From assembly GCA_965223265.1 (NCBI GenBank), contig OZ244999.1:2176001-2240000 (forward strand): DNA of 64,000 nucleotides, given 5' to 3'. Positions 1 through 9,892 of the stretch are shown in pieces. The translations under genes and the position numbers were made by a program. How positions within the stretch are numbered: the first letter of the stretch is position 1; each line of letters begins with the position of its first letter. The notes under the pieces are model-generated. The model was not told where the DNA came from, searched no databases, and saw nothing but the letters and a program-made list of their open reading frames with translations. This DNA comes from Planctomycetota bacterium. Its GTDB lineage: Bacteria; Planctomycetota; UBA8108; SXIK01.

Positions 1-1950
1 TCGCCGTGGACGACGCTGCCTGCGGCGGCCCTGACGTTAGCCATGGTCCTGGTCGGCGTCGGCTGCTGCGCAGTGGGGCGCGTTTCGTTCACGCCTCGGC
101 GGACTCGAGGAAGACCGTGGGGAATCGTTGCTCTCGGATTGCTCTGGTTTCTCGGGGTTCTCGTGCCGGTCCTTCAGTTTGTCCCAATTCCAGAGCGGTT
201 CGCTGAGCGGTATGCCTATCTGCCGGGAATCGGGCTGTTCTTGCTTTTGGGAGGTGGTCTGGCGGTACTCTGGAGGCGTGAGCGTACCGTTGCACTTGTG
301 TTCGCATGTTTTGTATCCGTTGTGCTGGCGACCGCAACGGTGCGCCGCAATCAGGCTTGGACGTCTCCGCTTTCGCTGTGGACCTCCGCAGTCGAATCAC
401 AGCCCCGCGCTGCGCGGGCGCACGTCGGACGAGCGCACGCGCTCAAAGTGGCGGGGCGCCGACGCGAAGCCGTGCGGGAGTATTCTGTTGCGCTTGAGAT
501 TTTTCGTGAACGACCCGATGCGCCGCTGCACCACGGCTACATTCTCCAGGCGCTCACGTTTCGAGCAGAGCTCTATGCTTCGCTCGCTGACGACGATGCC
601 GCACTTCTCGATCGCGCCGCTGAAGACTACGCCCTTGTCCTGTCGCTCAAAGATACCGATGGAGTCACCATTGCCGGATCTGCCAAGCACACCGCGATTC
701 ACTTCAACTATGCCAGTGTGCTTCTGAGGAGAGGAGACCTTGCCGCCGCCGACGCGGAGTACGATCGCGTGATCGCCATTGGCACGCCAGCCAATTTGGT
801 GGGTAGTGCCCACTACTATCTCGGCAAGATCTACTTGGCGCAGAGCCAAGAGCGGGAAGCGCTGCAGTCTTTCCGGCGTGCCTTCGATGAGCTTCCGGGT
901 GCGGCACGCGAGACCCATCGCGTCGCCGCGGAGCTGGTTGATCTGTTGATCGCGCGCGGCGATCTCGCCGACGCCGACACCTTGATCCAAGCTGCACTTG
1001 ACCGCGGCGCGGACGGGAAGGAAAAGCTTCATTTGCTGCTGCGCCGCGCCAAGATTCTGGATCGGCAGGGCGAGCTTGCGATGAGCATCGACGTGCTTGA
1101 AACGATTCGGCGCCAGGATGACACCTATCTACCGGCGCTGATTTCCCTGGCAGGGATTAAAACGAATCAGGGCGAGTTCGAAGCGAGCGCGGAGCTCCTT
1201 CAGCACGCCCTCCAGCTCTCACCCGGCCATACGGAAGCCCTGCAGGCGTTGCGACGTTTGGAGGTTCAGCGGCGGATGAGTGCGACTGGCGGCGGCGAAG
1301 ATGGTAATACTGACGGCGGCGATCAGGAGCAGGAGACGATGCTGCGTGGGATCGCTGAAAAGGGGGCACAGCACGTCGGTCGGCTCGAGCTCAAGGCAGC
1401 TCAGCAGGTCTACACGGAGTTGCTCCGTCGCGCGGAGACGCTGGAGAATCTTCACTATCAGACGAAAGCTCTTGTCGGCATAGCAACTGTTCAGTCTCGT
1501 CTCGGACTCTGGGACCGCTGTCGGGAGGCGGCGGAGCGGGCGCACCGCTTAGCGCCGCGAGCGTCAGAGCCTCTACGTCTCTTGGCTGACAGCTACTTCG
1601 TCACCGCCGTCGAGGATGAACGGAGCCGCGGCTACTATCTCCGCTTCGTTGAAACCGTCGGCGAGGAGCCCGTTCCAGCATACGCCCTGGCGCGTCTCGC
1701 AGCGCTTTCCGTCGCGTCCGACGCGACACAAGCTGAAGAGTTTTTGCGGCGCGCGATCGAACGCAAATATGCGGGTCCTGAAGTCGCGTACGCGCGCGGC
1801 TTCTTGCATGCGCTCCGCAAGGACTGGGCAAGCGCGCTCGACGCCTTCAACGAATATCTCGACGCCGCCCCGCGCTCCGAAGTGGCGCGTAGCGAACAGG
1901 TGCGGAAGTACGTCGACGAGAACGTGGTTCCTCACCTTCTCAGCGAGTGA
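1..1950 (+). CDS. TMTC-like (GT-C/DUF1736-type) membrane protein with long C-terminal TPR array; 5' end outside window
   Basis: Frame is open from position 1 (SPWTTLPAAALTLAMVL...); hydrophobic helices, AERYAYLP motif, 'RRNQAWTSPLSLW' junction, then many TPR-like helical repeats. Confidence 0.75.
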   Translation, partial: SPWTTLPAAALTLAMVLVGVGCCAVGRVSFTPRRTRGRPWGIVALGLLWFLGVLVPVLQFVPIPERFAERYAYLPGIGLFLLLGGGLAVLWRRERTVALVFACFVSVVLATATVRRNQAWTSPLSLWTSAVESQPRAARAHVGRAHALKVAGRRREAVREYSVALEIFRERPDAPLHHGYILQALTFRAELYASLADDDAALLDRAAEDYALVLSLKDTDGVTIAGSAKHTAIHFNYASVLLRRGDLAAADAEYDRVIAIGTPANLVGSAHYYLGKIYLAQSQEREALQSFRRAFDELPGAARETHRVAAELVDLLIARGDLADADTLIQAALDRGADGKEKLHLLLRRAKILDRQGELAMSIDVLETIRRQDDTYLPALISLAGIKTNQGEFEASAELLQHALQLSPGHTEALQALRRLEVQRRMSATGGGEDGNTDGGDQEQETMLRGIAEKGAQHVGRLELKAAQQVYTELLRRAETLENLHYQTKALVGIATVQSRLGLWDRCREAAERAHRLAPRASEPLRLLADSYFVTAVEDERSRGYYLRFVETVGEEPVPAYALARLAALSVASDATQAEEFLRRAIERKYAGPEVAYARGFLHALRKDWASALDAFNEYLDAAPRSEVARSEQVRKYVDENVVPHLLSE

Positions 1951-1959
1951 CCGGATCGG

Positions 1960-4623
1960 ATGCATCGGCGTAGTTTCCTGCTGCTATGTTGTCTTCTATT
2001 CCTGACCGGCGGCGCGGCGGTGGGAGTCGAGGTCGTGTGGGCAGGGATGCTCCGGCGTGTTTTGGGCTCAACCTCGTTCGCCCTCGCGGCGGTGTTGGCA
2101 GGGTTTCTGCTCGGCATGGGCTGCGGCGGCTATCTCGGAGAACGTCGTCTCCAGTCGATTGAGCGTCCGCTGCGCGCCTACGGCGTGTGTGAGATCATCG
2201 CTGCGTGCGCGTCTCTGTTCTTGACTGCGCTGCTGTCGATGCTCTCTAACTGGCATGGCGTCGTGGCGACACCGTTGGCTCTTTTGGGACCCGCGGCCGC
2301 GACGATTCCGCTCGGCGCCACCTTCCCGTTCTTGGTGGCCGCGTTAGAGGGCAACCGCGCGGCAGGCGACCAAGTGCGGCGCGTTTATGGCTGGAACGCG
2401 GTCGGAGGCGCCTGCGCTGCAGTAGGTGTCGGACTGGCACTGATTCCCGCCATCGGCGAGTTCCGCTCTGTTCTCCTGCTGTCGTTGATCCAGGCCGCCT
2501 GCGGATTGGTCGCGATACTGATCTGGCGTTCGCCACGCGGTCTGGAATTCGGCGCGCGGGTCGCGCCCGGCGCCCGTTCGACCTCGACGGCGCAGGCAGC
2601 GACCGATGCAGCGCGCGGCGCCCCTTGGCGACCTCGTCAGTCGACGACGTCGGTGCCGGTGCCCGTTTGGGCGTTTCTCCTCGTCTCAGGCTGCGCGGTC
2701 TTTTTCTGGGAGGTGCTTTGGTCGCGCATCCTCGTACTCACGGTCGGTGGCACGGTGTACGCCTTTGCCGTGGTCAGCGCCGCCGTGATCTTAGGAATCG
2801 GCGTCGGTAGTTTGTGTGTATCGCACAGAAGGATGGTCCAACACGGCGCATGGATCCTGCCGGCAGCGGTGACGACGTTGACGTCCGTGCTCTATTTTTT
2901 CGTGCCGAGCTTTCCCGTCGTGTACCTCACCGCCGTCCGGTTCTTCGACGACTCGCCCTTGGTGTGGGGCAGCCTTGGTGCCGGCGCGCTTGTTTTCGTG
3001 CCAAACTTTCTCCTCGGCAGTGTCTTTCCGATTCTCGTCGCTCGCTGGCGGCGACGAGCAGGCAGCTTTTACGCCATCAACTCGCTCGGAGCGGCGAGTG
3101 GCGCCCTTTTGGCAGGTCCGCTTGCTGCCAGTTGGTTGGGTCTCGAAGACACCTACCTCGTCGGCCTAGCCCTTCTTCTCCTGTTGACTTCGTTGGGGGG
3201 CGTCATGGCGCTGCGGAGTACGCGCGGTGACGAGAGCGCGGTGACGCGCCGTGGGGCGATGATTGTCGTGTGCCTACCGCTTGCCTGTGTGGCAACCATG
3301 CTTGTTCTCCGTTCGACCCTATTTTCGAGCGGCTGGGACCATCGTTACCTACTTTCGGGTGTCTACCAATGGGCCGCTCCGGACCTGTTCGACGCGTCGC
3401 TGTCGATCGAAAAACGTTTTGCGGACCAGACCCAAGTGGCTGTGGTTGAGGGCCGTGAGGTGATCGTTTCGGTCGACGTGGATCGCCTGGCGAACACCGT
3501 GTACGTGCGTTCAAACGGTAAGGTCGAGGGCAGCGTGCCCCTCGACCCCGAACGCGGTAGTCTGGCGGATCTCCCGACCCAGATCCTTCTCGGAGAGTTG
3601 GCGTCACAGCTATGGAATCCCCGTGAGCCGTTCTCTGCGCTTCTCATCGGCCTGGGTAGTGGCGTTTCGCTCGGTGCGTTGATCGAAGGGGCGGGGCCAG
3701 GATACCGTCCAGAGAGTGTCGACGTGATTGAGCTTGAATCGGGGTTTTTGACTGCGCTCAGGCACGAACGCGTCGCACCACTGTTCCGCGAACTATTGCC
3801 GCCCTGGATCTTGTCGGGAGGTAGCGCACCCGAAGGGCAGCCTCGTTGTGACTTTCACTTCGGCGACGCGCGTCGCCTCCTGCTGAGTCGTTTCCGCCAG
3901 AAGCGTTGGCACGTGATCGTTAGTCAGCCGTCCGAACCATGGATTCCTGGTGCGGCGCCCCTCTTTACGCAAGAGTTCTTTCAGCTCGCGAAGGCGAGGC
4001 TCGAGCCCGACGGCGTACTGATTCAATGGCTCCAGATGTACAAGCTCGAGGTGTCGACGCTGCGTCTCTTGATTCGGACGATGCGCCGAGAGTTCGCCGA
4101 GCTCTTCTTGCTGCGTCCTCCCGCGAGCGGGCAGCTGTTGATCGTGGCTTCGCAGGTGCGGCCCGACCTTTCGCGTCTGTTGAGCACGCCCGCCAGTCGT
4201 TTTCAATCGGCGACGCTCATCGAGATGCCGGCCGATCGCCTGGCGATTTTCCTCGGTGGCCCAGCTATCGTCGACGCTTGGGTAGGGCTTGATCCGTCGC
4301 TGCCGGTGAACAGAGACGACCTGAGCGTTACCGTTGAGCTGACGCGTTCACTCTATCGCCGCGACGACGCGGCTCGCCACAACCTCGAATTGCTCCAACA
4401 GAAGTTGGGGGGCGACTCGGTGTTCAACTATCTGGATCCGAGTCTGCGGAGTCGCGACGACTTGCGACACCTCCTTGCGCGCAGGAACGTGCGTCTCGGC
4501 GAGTGGACAGAAGCGTTACTGCTCCTCGAAGGTGACGCGAGTGACGCCGCGGCCGCGATCAGAAGCGAAATTGAGGAGCGCCAGCGGCAAGCAAGCCCTG
4601 ACCGAACGGCGCCATCTCGCTAA
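1960..4623 (+). CDS. Fused MFS-like membrane domain / spermidine-synthase-like class I SAM-binding domain protein
   Basis: Two repeats of the membrane unit (EVVWAGML..LGST / EVLWSRIL..VGGTVY; YGWNAVGG / YAINSLGA), then SNGKVEG, LLIGLGSG, GDAR, VIVSQPSEPW, LFTQEFF..L.PDG. Confidence 0.8.
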   Translation: MHRRSFLLLCCLLFLTGGAAVGVEVVWAGMLRRVLGSTSFALAAVLAGFLLGMGCGGYLGERRLQSIERPLRAYGVCEIIAACASLFLTALLSMLSNWHGVVATPLALLGPAAATIPLGATFPFLVAALEGNRAAGDQVRRVYGWNAVGGACAAVGVGLALIPAIGEFRSVLLLSLIQAACGLVAILIWRSPRGLEFGARVAPGARSTSTAQAATDAARGAPWRPRQSTTSVPVPVWAFLLVSGCAVFFWEVLWSRILVLTVGGTVYAFAVVSAAVILGIGVGSLCVSHRRMVQHGAWILPAAVTTLTSVLYFFVPSFPVVYLTAVRFFDDSPLVWGSLGAGALVFVPNFLLGSVFPILVARWRRRAGSFYAINSLGAASGALLAGPLAASWLGLEDTYLVGLALLLLLTSLGGVMALRSTRGDESAVTRRGAMIVVCLPLACVATMLVLRSTLFSSGWDHRYLLSGVYQWAAPDLFDASLSIEKRFADQTQVAVVEGREVIVSVDVDRLANTVYVRSNGKVEGSVPLDPERGSLADLPTQILLGELASQLWNPREPFSALLIGLGSGVSLGALIEGAGPGYRPESVDVIELESGFLTALRHERVAPLFRELLPPWILSGGSAPEGQPRCDFHFGDARRLLLSRFRQKRWHVIVSQPSEPWIPGAAPLFTQEFFQLAKARLEPDGVLIQWLQMYKLEVSTLRLLIRTMRREFAELFLLRPPASGQLLIVASQVRPDLSRLLSTPASRFQSATLIEMPADRLAIFLGGPAIVDAWVGLDPSLPVNRDDLSVTVELTRSLYRRDDAARHNLELLQQKLGGDSVFNYLDPSLRSRDDLRHLLARRNVRLGEWTEALLLLEGDASDAAAAIRSEIEERQRQASPDRTAPSR

Positions 4624-4761
4624 CGGTTTTTTCAACGGGCTGTTCATCCTGGATGTGCGACGGTCTTGGCGAGGCCGGCGCCCGAGGACGGCGGAACTAG
4701 TCGGCGCAGGGAGGGAAGACTTCGCTTGTGATTCGGTGACTCAGATCAGAAGATAGAGCGC

Positions 4762-5535
4762 ATGCGCCGCGTTCGCGTTGTCCTATCAGGCGAGGTCTCA
4801 AGCGGCGACGTTCGCCCGCTCTCGGCCCGCGACTCCCATCACGTGGAGCGCGTACTGCGTCGACGAGTTGGCGATGTCGTCGAGATCCTGACGCGCGGTG
4901 GGCTTCGCTACGCCGGGACGATCGTCCACTTGACGGGCGGGGCGAACCCTCGCGGCGGTGAGGCGTGCGATCTCGTCATGGTGCGTGTCGGGGAGGTGTT
5001 GGGGGGTGATGAGCCGTTGGCGTTGATTCGTGCCGTCGATATCGGACTGGCTGTGGTGAAGGGGAATTCGTTCGAGCTCGCGCTCAAGATGGCCAGTGAG
5101 CTGGGCGTGCGTCGCGTGGTCCCGCTGTTGACGGCACGAACAGTCGTTCGCCGCGCTGGGGGCCGCTCGAAGCTGGAGCGGTGGACACGCATCCTCGAGG
5201 AGTCGGCGAAGCAGTGTGGCCGCGAGCCCATGGGCCTCGCGGAGGAGGTCTCTCTCACGGAATGGCTGCAGGAGTTCGATCCCGCACGATCCCAGGGGTG
5301 GATCTGCACGCCTGGCGGGCCAACGACCGCCGACCTGAGTTGGGACGACACTGCACGGACGTTTCTGATCGGCCCCGAGGGTGGATTCTCCGAGGCCGAA
5401 ACCGAGGCCGCAATGGACTGCGGCTGCCGAGTTTGCAGCTTTCCGCTGCCGATTCTGCGGACACCCACCGCGGTCGCGTTGGTGGCCGCGCTGCAGCTGG
5501 TTCGTCGGCAGCCAGAACGCCCGGATCCGGGTTGA
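4762..5535 (+). CDS. rsmE: 16S rRNA m3U1498 methyltransferase
   Basis: HHVERVLR, ASELGV, ESAKQCGR, IGPEGGFS, ILRT motifs of RsmE SPOUT family. Confidence 0.9.
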   Translation: MRRVRVVLSGEVSSGDVRPLSARDSHHVERVLRRRVGDVVEILTRGGLRYAGTIVHLTGGANPRGGEACDLVMVRVGEVLGGDEPLALIRAVDIGLAVVKGNSFELALKMASELGVRRVVPLLTARTVVRRAGGRSKLERWTRILEESAKQCGREPMGLAEEVSLTEWLQEFDPARSQGWICTPGGPTTADLSWDDTARTFLIGPEGGFSEAETEAAMDCGCRVCSFPLPILRTPTAVALVAALQLVRRQPERPDPG

Positions 5536-5719
5536 TTTCCAGGTTTTGGCTTTGTACGATTGCCGCTTCGCTTTGCGGCGGTCGGCTCTACAGGATGGGT
5601 CAACACCCGCCTCGAGGGGGCGTTGAAGGATCCTCCACCGCGGCGAAGCCAGATGAGATGAACACAGATCCAAACCTAAGCGGCGACGCTAGACAGATGG
5701 CGTCAGAGAGCGTGAATCG

Positions 5720-6151
5720 ATGAAATCGTTCAGGATGCGACCGGAAGATGTGGTGCGACGTTGGTACCACATAAGCGCGGAGGGGCAGACTCTGGGCCAC
5801 CTGGCCGTGAAGACGGCGGTGATCCTCATGGGGAAACATCGGCCCACTTTCACGCCTGGCGTCGACAGTGGCGACTTCGTCGTCATTACAGGTGCCGAAG
5901 GCATCAAAGTGACCGGTAACAAGAAAGAGAAGAAGGTCTACCGCCGCCACACTGGTTGGGTCGGAGGTCTTGTCGAGGAGTCCCTCGACGACGTGATGAG
6001 TGCGAATCCGGAGCGAGTCGTCGAGCGCGCCGTTCGGCGTATGCTTCCGAAGACCAAGCTGGGGCGGCAGATGTTTCGACGTCTTAAAGTGTACAGCGGG
6101 ACGTCGCATCCGCACGATGCGCAGAAGCCCGAAACGTTGACGATCTCGTGA
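5720..6151 (+). CDS. rplM: 50S ribosomal protein L13
   Basis: WYHISAEGQTLGHLA, GKHRPTFTP.VDSGD, RRMLPK..LGR, HPH.AQKP. Confidence 0.98.
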   Translation: MKSFRMRPEDVVRRWYHISAEGQTLGHLAVKTAVILMGKHRPTFTPGVDSGDFVVITGAEGIKVTGNKKEKKVYRRHTGWVGGLVEESLDDVMSANPERVVERAVRRMLPKTKLGRQMFRRLKVYSGTSHPHDAQKPETLTIS

Positions 6152-6191
6152 CTGCCACGCGGAGCGAAGTTGAGCTGGAGGACGGAGAACT

Positions 6192-6599
6192 GTGGCGAAG
6201 GTGAAGAACGATCTTTACACGTGGGGCATGGGACGTCGCAAGAAGGCGATCGCGCGAGTGCGTCTGAAGCCGGGTGGATCGGGAAACATTTTGGTCAATC
6301 GACGCAAGTGCGAGGACTACTTCCCGTCTGCACGTGAGCAGCAAACTGTGCGGGCACCATTGAATTCAGTCGGCGCGGAAGACACGTTTGACATTTTCGT
6401 CAACGCTCGCGGCGGTGGCTATACGGGTCAAGCCGGCGCGATCGCGCTTGGGATCGCCCGCGCTCTGCTGAGTCACAATGAACAGCACGAGGAGGCCCTC
6501 CGTGCTGGCAAGCATTTGACGCGCGACGCGCGGCAGAAGGAGCGGAAGAAGTACGGGCGCCGCGGCGCTCGACGTGGATTCCAGTTCTCCAAACGCTAA
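6192..6599 (+). CDS. rpsI: 30S ribosomal protein S9
   Basis: GRRKKAIARV, GGG.TGQAGAI, LTRDAR..ERKKYG, QFSKR C-terminus; GTG start after GGAG RBS; follows rplM. Confidence 0.98.
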   Translation: MAKVKNDLYTWGMGRRKKAIARVRLKPGGSGNILVNRRKCEDYFPSAREQQTVRAPLNSVGAEDTFDIFVNARGGGYTGQAGAIALGIARALLSHNEQHEEALRAGKHLTRDARQKERKKYGRRGARRGFQFSKR

Positions 6600-6657
6600 T
6601 CAGCGCCTGTTCCGTACAGCTCGTCAGTGGAATCGCGTTGCGCGACCTCGCTGCACG

Positions 6658-6685
6658 TTGCAAGTCGTCGAACGAGTGTTAAAAT
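6658..6685 (+). promoter_or_regulatory. Putative sigma70 promoter
   Basis: TTGCAA (6658-6663), 16-bp spacer ending in TGn, TAAAAT (6680-6685). Confidence 0.5.
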
Positions 6686-6937
6686 CGTCGCTGGCAGCCG
6701 GTTGAAGGCTCCTCGGGCGAGGCGTGGACCCTTCAGGCTTGGCAGCCGCTCGAGACAGTGCTTGGAGTCCTGGTCTGCAGCCGGAGCTTTCTGGAGCCGC
6801 TGGGCGTGTCCCGCGGTAGCAGCCGGGAGACGGCGAGACGAGGCGCCACCGAGCTTTTTGCGAATTCCAGGCTAACAACTGTCGTTGACGAACGGCCGTC
6901 GTGTTAGAGCTCCGTCGGGAGAGAACAGGACCTGGGC

Positions 6938-7738
6938 ATGGGTCGCGACCAGCACAATCGCCCGAGAACGCCGAGTTCGAGGCTCTACCCGGCACCGGTG
7001 GTGACGATTTTTTTCACCGTCGGGTTGATTCTTTGGCTTCTGGCGCCCGACGACCATCTCTCTTGGAATCAGCTGCTGCGTGTCGATGCTCCGACCTTCG
7101 AGGGGTTTCTCACGTCACACCTGGTGCACCTCGATGGGGTGCACTTGATCGTCAACTGCCTCTTGATTCTCGTGCTGGGTACGGTTCTCGAATCCCGGTG
7201 GGGGTCATCTCGTTTCGTCCTGTTCTATCTTCTCTGTGCGTGGGGCGGTACGACGGCGACGATTGTCGTCGGGCAGTTGCTCGAGGTTCACGGCTATTCA
7301 TGTGGCGCTTCGAGCATCGCGCTCGGATGCTTGTTGGGAGTCGGGTACAGCTTCCCGCACGATCGGATCTGGCGTTGGCTGCCGGCGAACAAATACCTCG
7401 TGTGGATCGCGGTTTTCGTCGGTGCGGCGCTACTCGCGGAGATGCAGATCCGCGCGGGCGATGGCGGCGGACTGGGACCTCCGTATCTCCTGCCGCAGAC
7501 GATCGGAGTACCGCTGGCGCTCGTGTTCTTCGCTTTTTTGCCACGTCTCGATGCATGGAATGATGCTCGGCGAGAACGACTGGTCGAAGAACAGCGCGCT
7601 CGGGTGTTGCAGATCCGTGAGCGCGTGGACGAGCTTCTCGAGAAGATCAGCACGGAAGGGTACGGCAGCCTGAGTCCCAAGGAACTGTCGTTTCTGCGTC
7701 GTGCGAGTAAGCACTTCAGTGACGACCCTCGAGGCTAG
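6938..7738 (+). CDS. Rhomboid-family intramembrane protein with C-terminal DUF6576-like helix
   Basis: HLDGVHLIVN, LE.RWGS.RF..FY, GAS; C-terminal VDELLEKIS..GY.SLS..E..FL. Confidence 0.85.
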   Translation: MGRDQHNRPRTPSSRLYPAPVVTIFFTVGLILWLLAPDDHLSWNQLLRVDAPTFEGFLTSHLVHLDGVHLIVNCLLILVLGTVLESRWGSSRFVLFYLLCAWGGTTATIVVGQLLEVHGYSCGASSIALGCLLGVGYSFPHDRIWRWLPANKYLVWIAVFVGAALLAEMQIRAGDGGGLGPPYLLPQTIGVPLALVFFAFLPRLDAWNDARRERLVEEQRARVLQIRERVDELLEKISTEGYGSLSPKELSFLRRASKHFSDDPRG

Positions 7739-8094
7739 CTTGGAGAGGCCACGCAATCGCAATCGCGCATGGCCTTGAAGCGCTTCTCTTTTGCAACGAT
7801 TGAGACGGACTCAGATCAGAGCCAGACCTGCAGTTGCATAAGTTCTTCGCCGGAAGGACTCAGAAACCTTTGTCCTACGGCTCGATCGGCGGTTGTGGGG
7901 TCGTCGCGGCGGTTCAGCGCCCGAAAAAGTTTTCGTCTTCCGGAAACCGTGACAGTTCCTTCCCGGGGAGCGGCTGGATCTGCGTTGTGTGTTACTTTTG
8001 AGAAAGGTCATCTGCGCACTTTTCCCACGGGCGCGGAAACCTCCGGTTTTCTTTTCCGTGCGCCGGTATTGCCGCAGGATCGTGGTCTCATTCG

Positions 8095-9819
8095 ATGGTG
8101 ACTCAAGCGCTGAATGACAAGCTCGCCGAGGCGTCGACGCGCCTCACCGACTTGTGTCGTGATGCCGGTGAACTCGGCGATCCAGGGCGTGCACACTCTG
8201 CGACCACTCGCATCGAGATCGGACTCCGCCGACTCCAGGAGCTTGAGCTTACAGAAGAGTTCGCAGCGCTTTCAGTCGCTGCTGCGCGCGTCGAGGCGGA
8301 GCTCGGCGGCTGTACTGAAGCGGATGTCGACGGCGCTGCTGAAGCCACGCTTGTTCTCGACTTCGTGACTCGTGCCCGGCAGTTCCTGCATCTGGTGAGA
8401 TCGGGAAGGAGAGCGCCTGCTGATTTTTTCTTGCCGGCAGCGGCGGTGGAACCCGCAACGGAGAGTCAACAGGTTAAGAGTGATTCGTCAAGCGCGACGC
8501 TTGCACCTGGTGAGTCCGTCGACGAAGTAACGACGCAGGAGGTTGGCCCGTGCGCGAAAGAGGACGACATCAAGCGTCTGCGGAGGATCTTGCAGAACGC
8601 GCCGCCCATCAAGGCGAATCTACGCGGACTCGCAGAGCTAGTGTGCGCGCGGCTCGGAATCGCCGAGTCTGAGTTCGCAGAGTCCGAGAAAACGCCCGAC
8701 TCAGACTTCGAAAGTCGGCATAGTCGGAGCCGGACGACGAACGACCCCGCGGCGCGCGACCAGGCCGCGCCACCTGACGCACCAGCCGCGGCCCCGGAGG
8801 CCACCGCGACAAGAGACAGCGCTCGCTCGCCCACTCCGGAGCCATCGCGAGTACCACGTGACACCCGGGTAGATGTCGCTCGAGAACTCGGAGGGTTCGT
8901 CCCGGAAGCTCTAGCTCTTCGGGACACGATCTTGCGGGAGGACTGGAGGCATGGTTCGAATCGCCAGCAGATGCTCGTCGAGCGAGTGAGCGGATTCCTT
9001 CAGAACATGGCGAACTCTATGACGCTGGCGCAAGGACTCGTCTTGAGCGACTGCCTCGATGAGTGCGCCGAGGCCCTGAGAACTGAGATTGACAGACTGC
9101 GCCACGACATCTCTGTCCACACCACAATACCGCTCTCTCGAGTCCGTCTGCCCGCTCTGCTGGCGCGGTTGATTCGCGAGTCTATGGTCCAGCTGCTGAG
9201 GATTGTCCTTCTGACGCGAGGGGGACGATCTGCCTTCGATTCGACGGTTTGCGTCGAAGGGCATGTCATGGAGGACTCGGTGCAATTCCACCTCGTGGGG
9301 GCTTTTCTTCCCACTGGAGCTGCGACCGAACTGCGTATCTTTCCGATTCGCAAGCTCCTCAGCACGCTTGGCGGAGATGTCTCTTCGTGTGAAAAGAATC
9401 AGCGGGTCGTGATCTCTACGCCGTTAGATTTTCTTTCGATTGACGTAGTTGTCGTGCGCTCCGGTACCAACTCTCTCGGGATTCCTGCCCATCGAATCGT
9501 TGAATCGCTTGACACGAAATCAGGGCGTTACAAAGACGTATCCGAGAAGAGCGAATTGCGCTACCGAGGCGAGATGATCCCGATCGTGGATCTGTCAGTC
9601 GGCGACGAATACGAGCCATCGGCTCTGGCTACGACGAAGGAGATTCTCGTTCTGCAAACGGATGCGGGGAAGCATGCCGTGCTGGTTGACGCCATCGTTG
9701 CTAAGAAGTGCATGCTCATCTCGCAGCGACAAGAACAGATCACTGACGACTTCATTGGCTACGCCCTGGACACGGCGGAACAGGCGAAGGTGCCGGTTTT
9801 GAACTGCAGTTTCTATTGA
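8095..9819 (+). CDS. Degenerate CheA-like protein (Hpt-like N-terminus, decayed HATPase, C-terminal CheW/P5 domain)
   Basis: C-terminal TPLDFLSIDVVVVRSG...GIPAHRIVES, YRGEMIPIVDL, AVLVDAIV match CheA P5; preceding region aligns to HATPase_c but lacks N/G1/G2 boxes. Confidence 0.65.
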   Translation: MVTQALNDKLAEASTRLTDLCRDAGELGDPGRAHSATTRIEIGLRRLQELELTEEFAALSVAAARVEAELGGCTEADVDGAAEATLVLDFVTRARQFLHLVRSGRRAPADFFLPAAAVEPATESQQVKSDSSSATLAPGESVDEVTTQEVGPCAKEDDIKRLRRILQNAPPIKANLRGLAELVCARLGIAESEFAESEKTPDSDFESRHSRSRTTNDPAARDQAAPPDAPAAAPEATATRDSARSPTPEPSRVPRDTRVDVARELGGFVPEALALRDTILREDWRHGSNRQQMLVERVSGFLQNMANSMTLAQGLVLSDCLDECAEALRTEIDRLRHDISVHTTIPLSRVRLPALLARLIRESMVQLLRIVLLTRGGRSAFDSTVCVEGHVMEDSVQFHLVGAFLPTGAATELRIFPIRKLLSTLGGDVSSCEKNQRVVISTPLDFLSIDVVVVRSGTNSLGIPAHRIVESLDTKSGRYKDVSEKSELRYRGEMIPIVDLSVGDEYEPSALATTKEILVLQTDAGKHAVLVDAIVAKKCMLISQRQEQITDDFIGYALDTAEQAKVPVLNCSFY

Positions 9820-9892
9820 TTCTTCTGGTCGCTCTTGGCGGCCGTTTTCCCCTGAGCTCTTGAACTACTCCCTGAAAAACTCGGCGATTCCA

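Noticed and set aside
5598-5630. L13 autoregulatory leader upstream of rplM
   Set aside because: An imperfect hairpin exists but cannot be matched to a known leader from sequence alone
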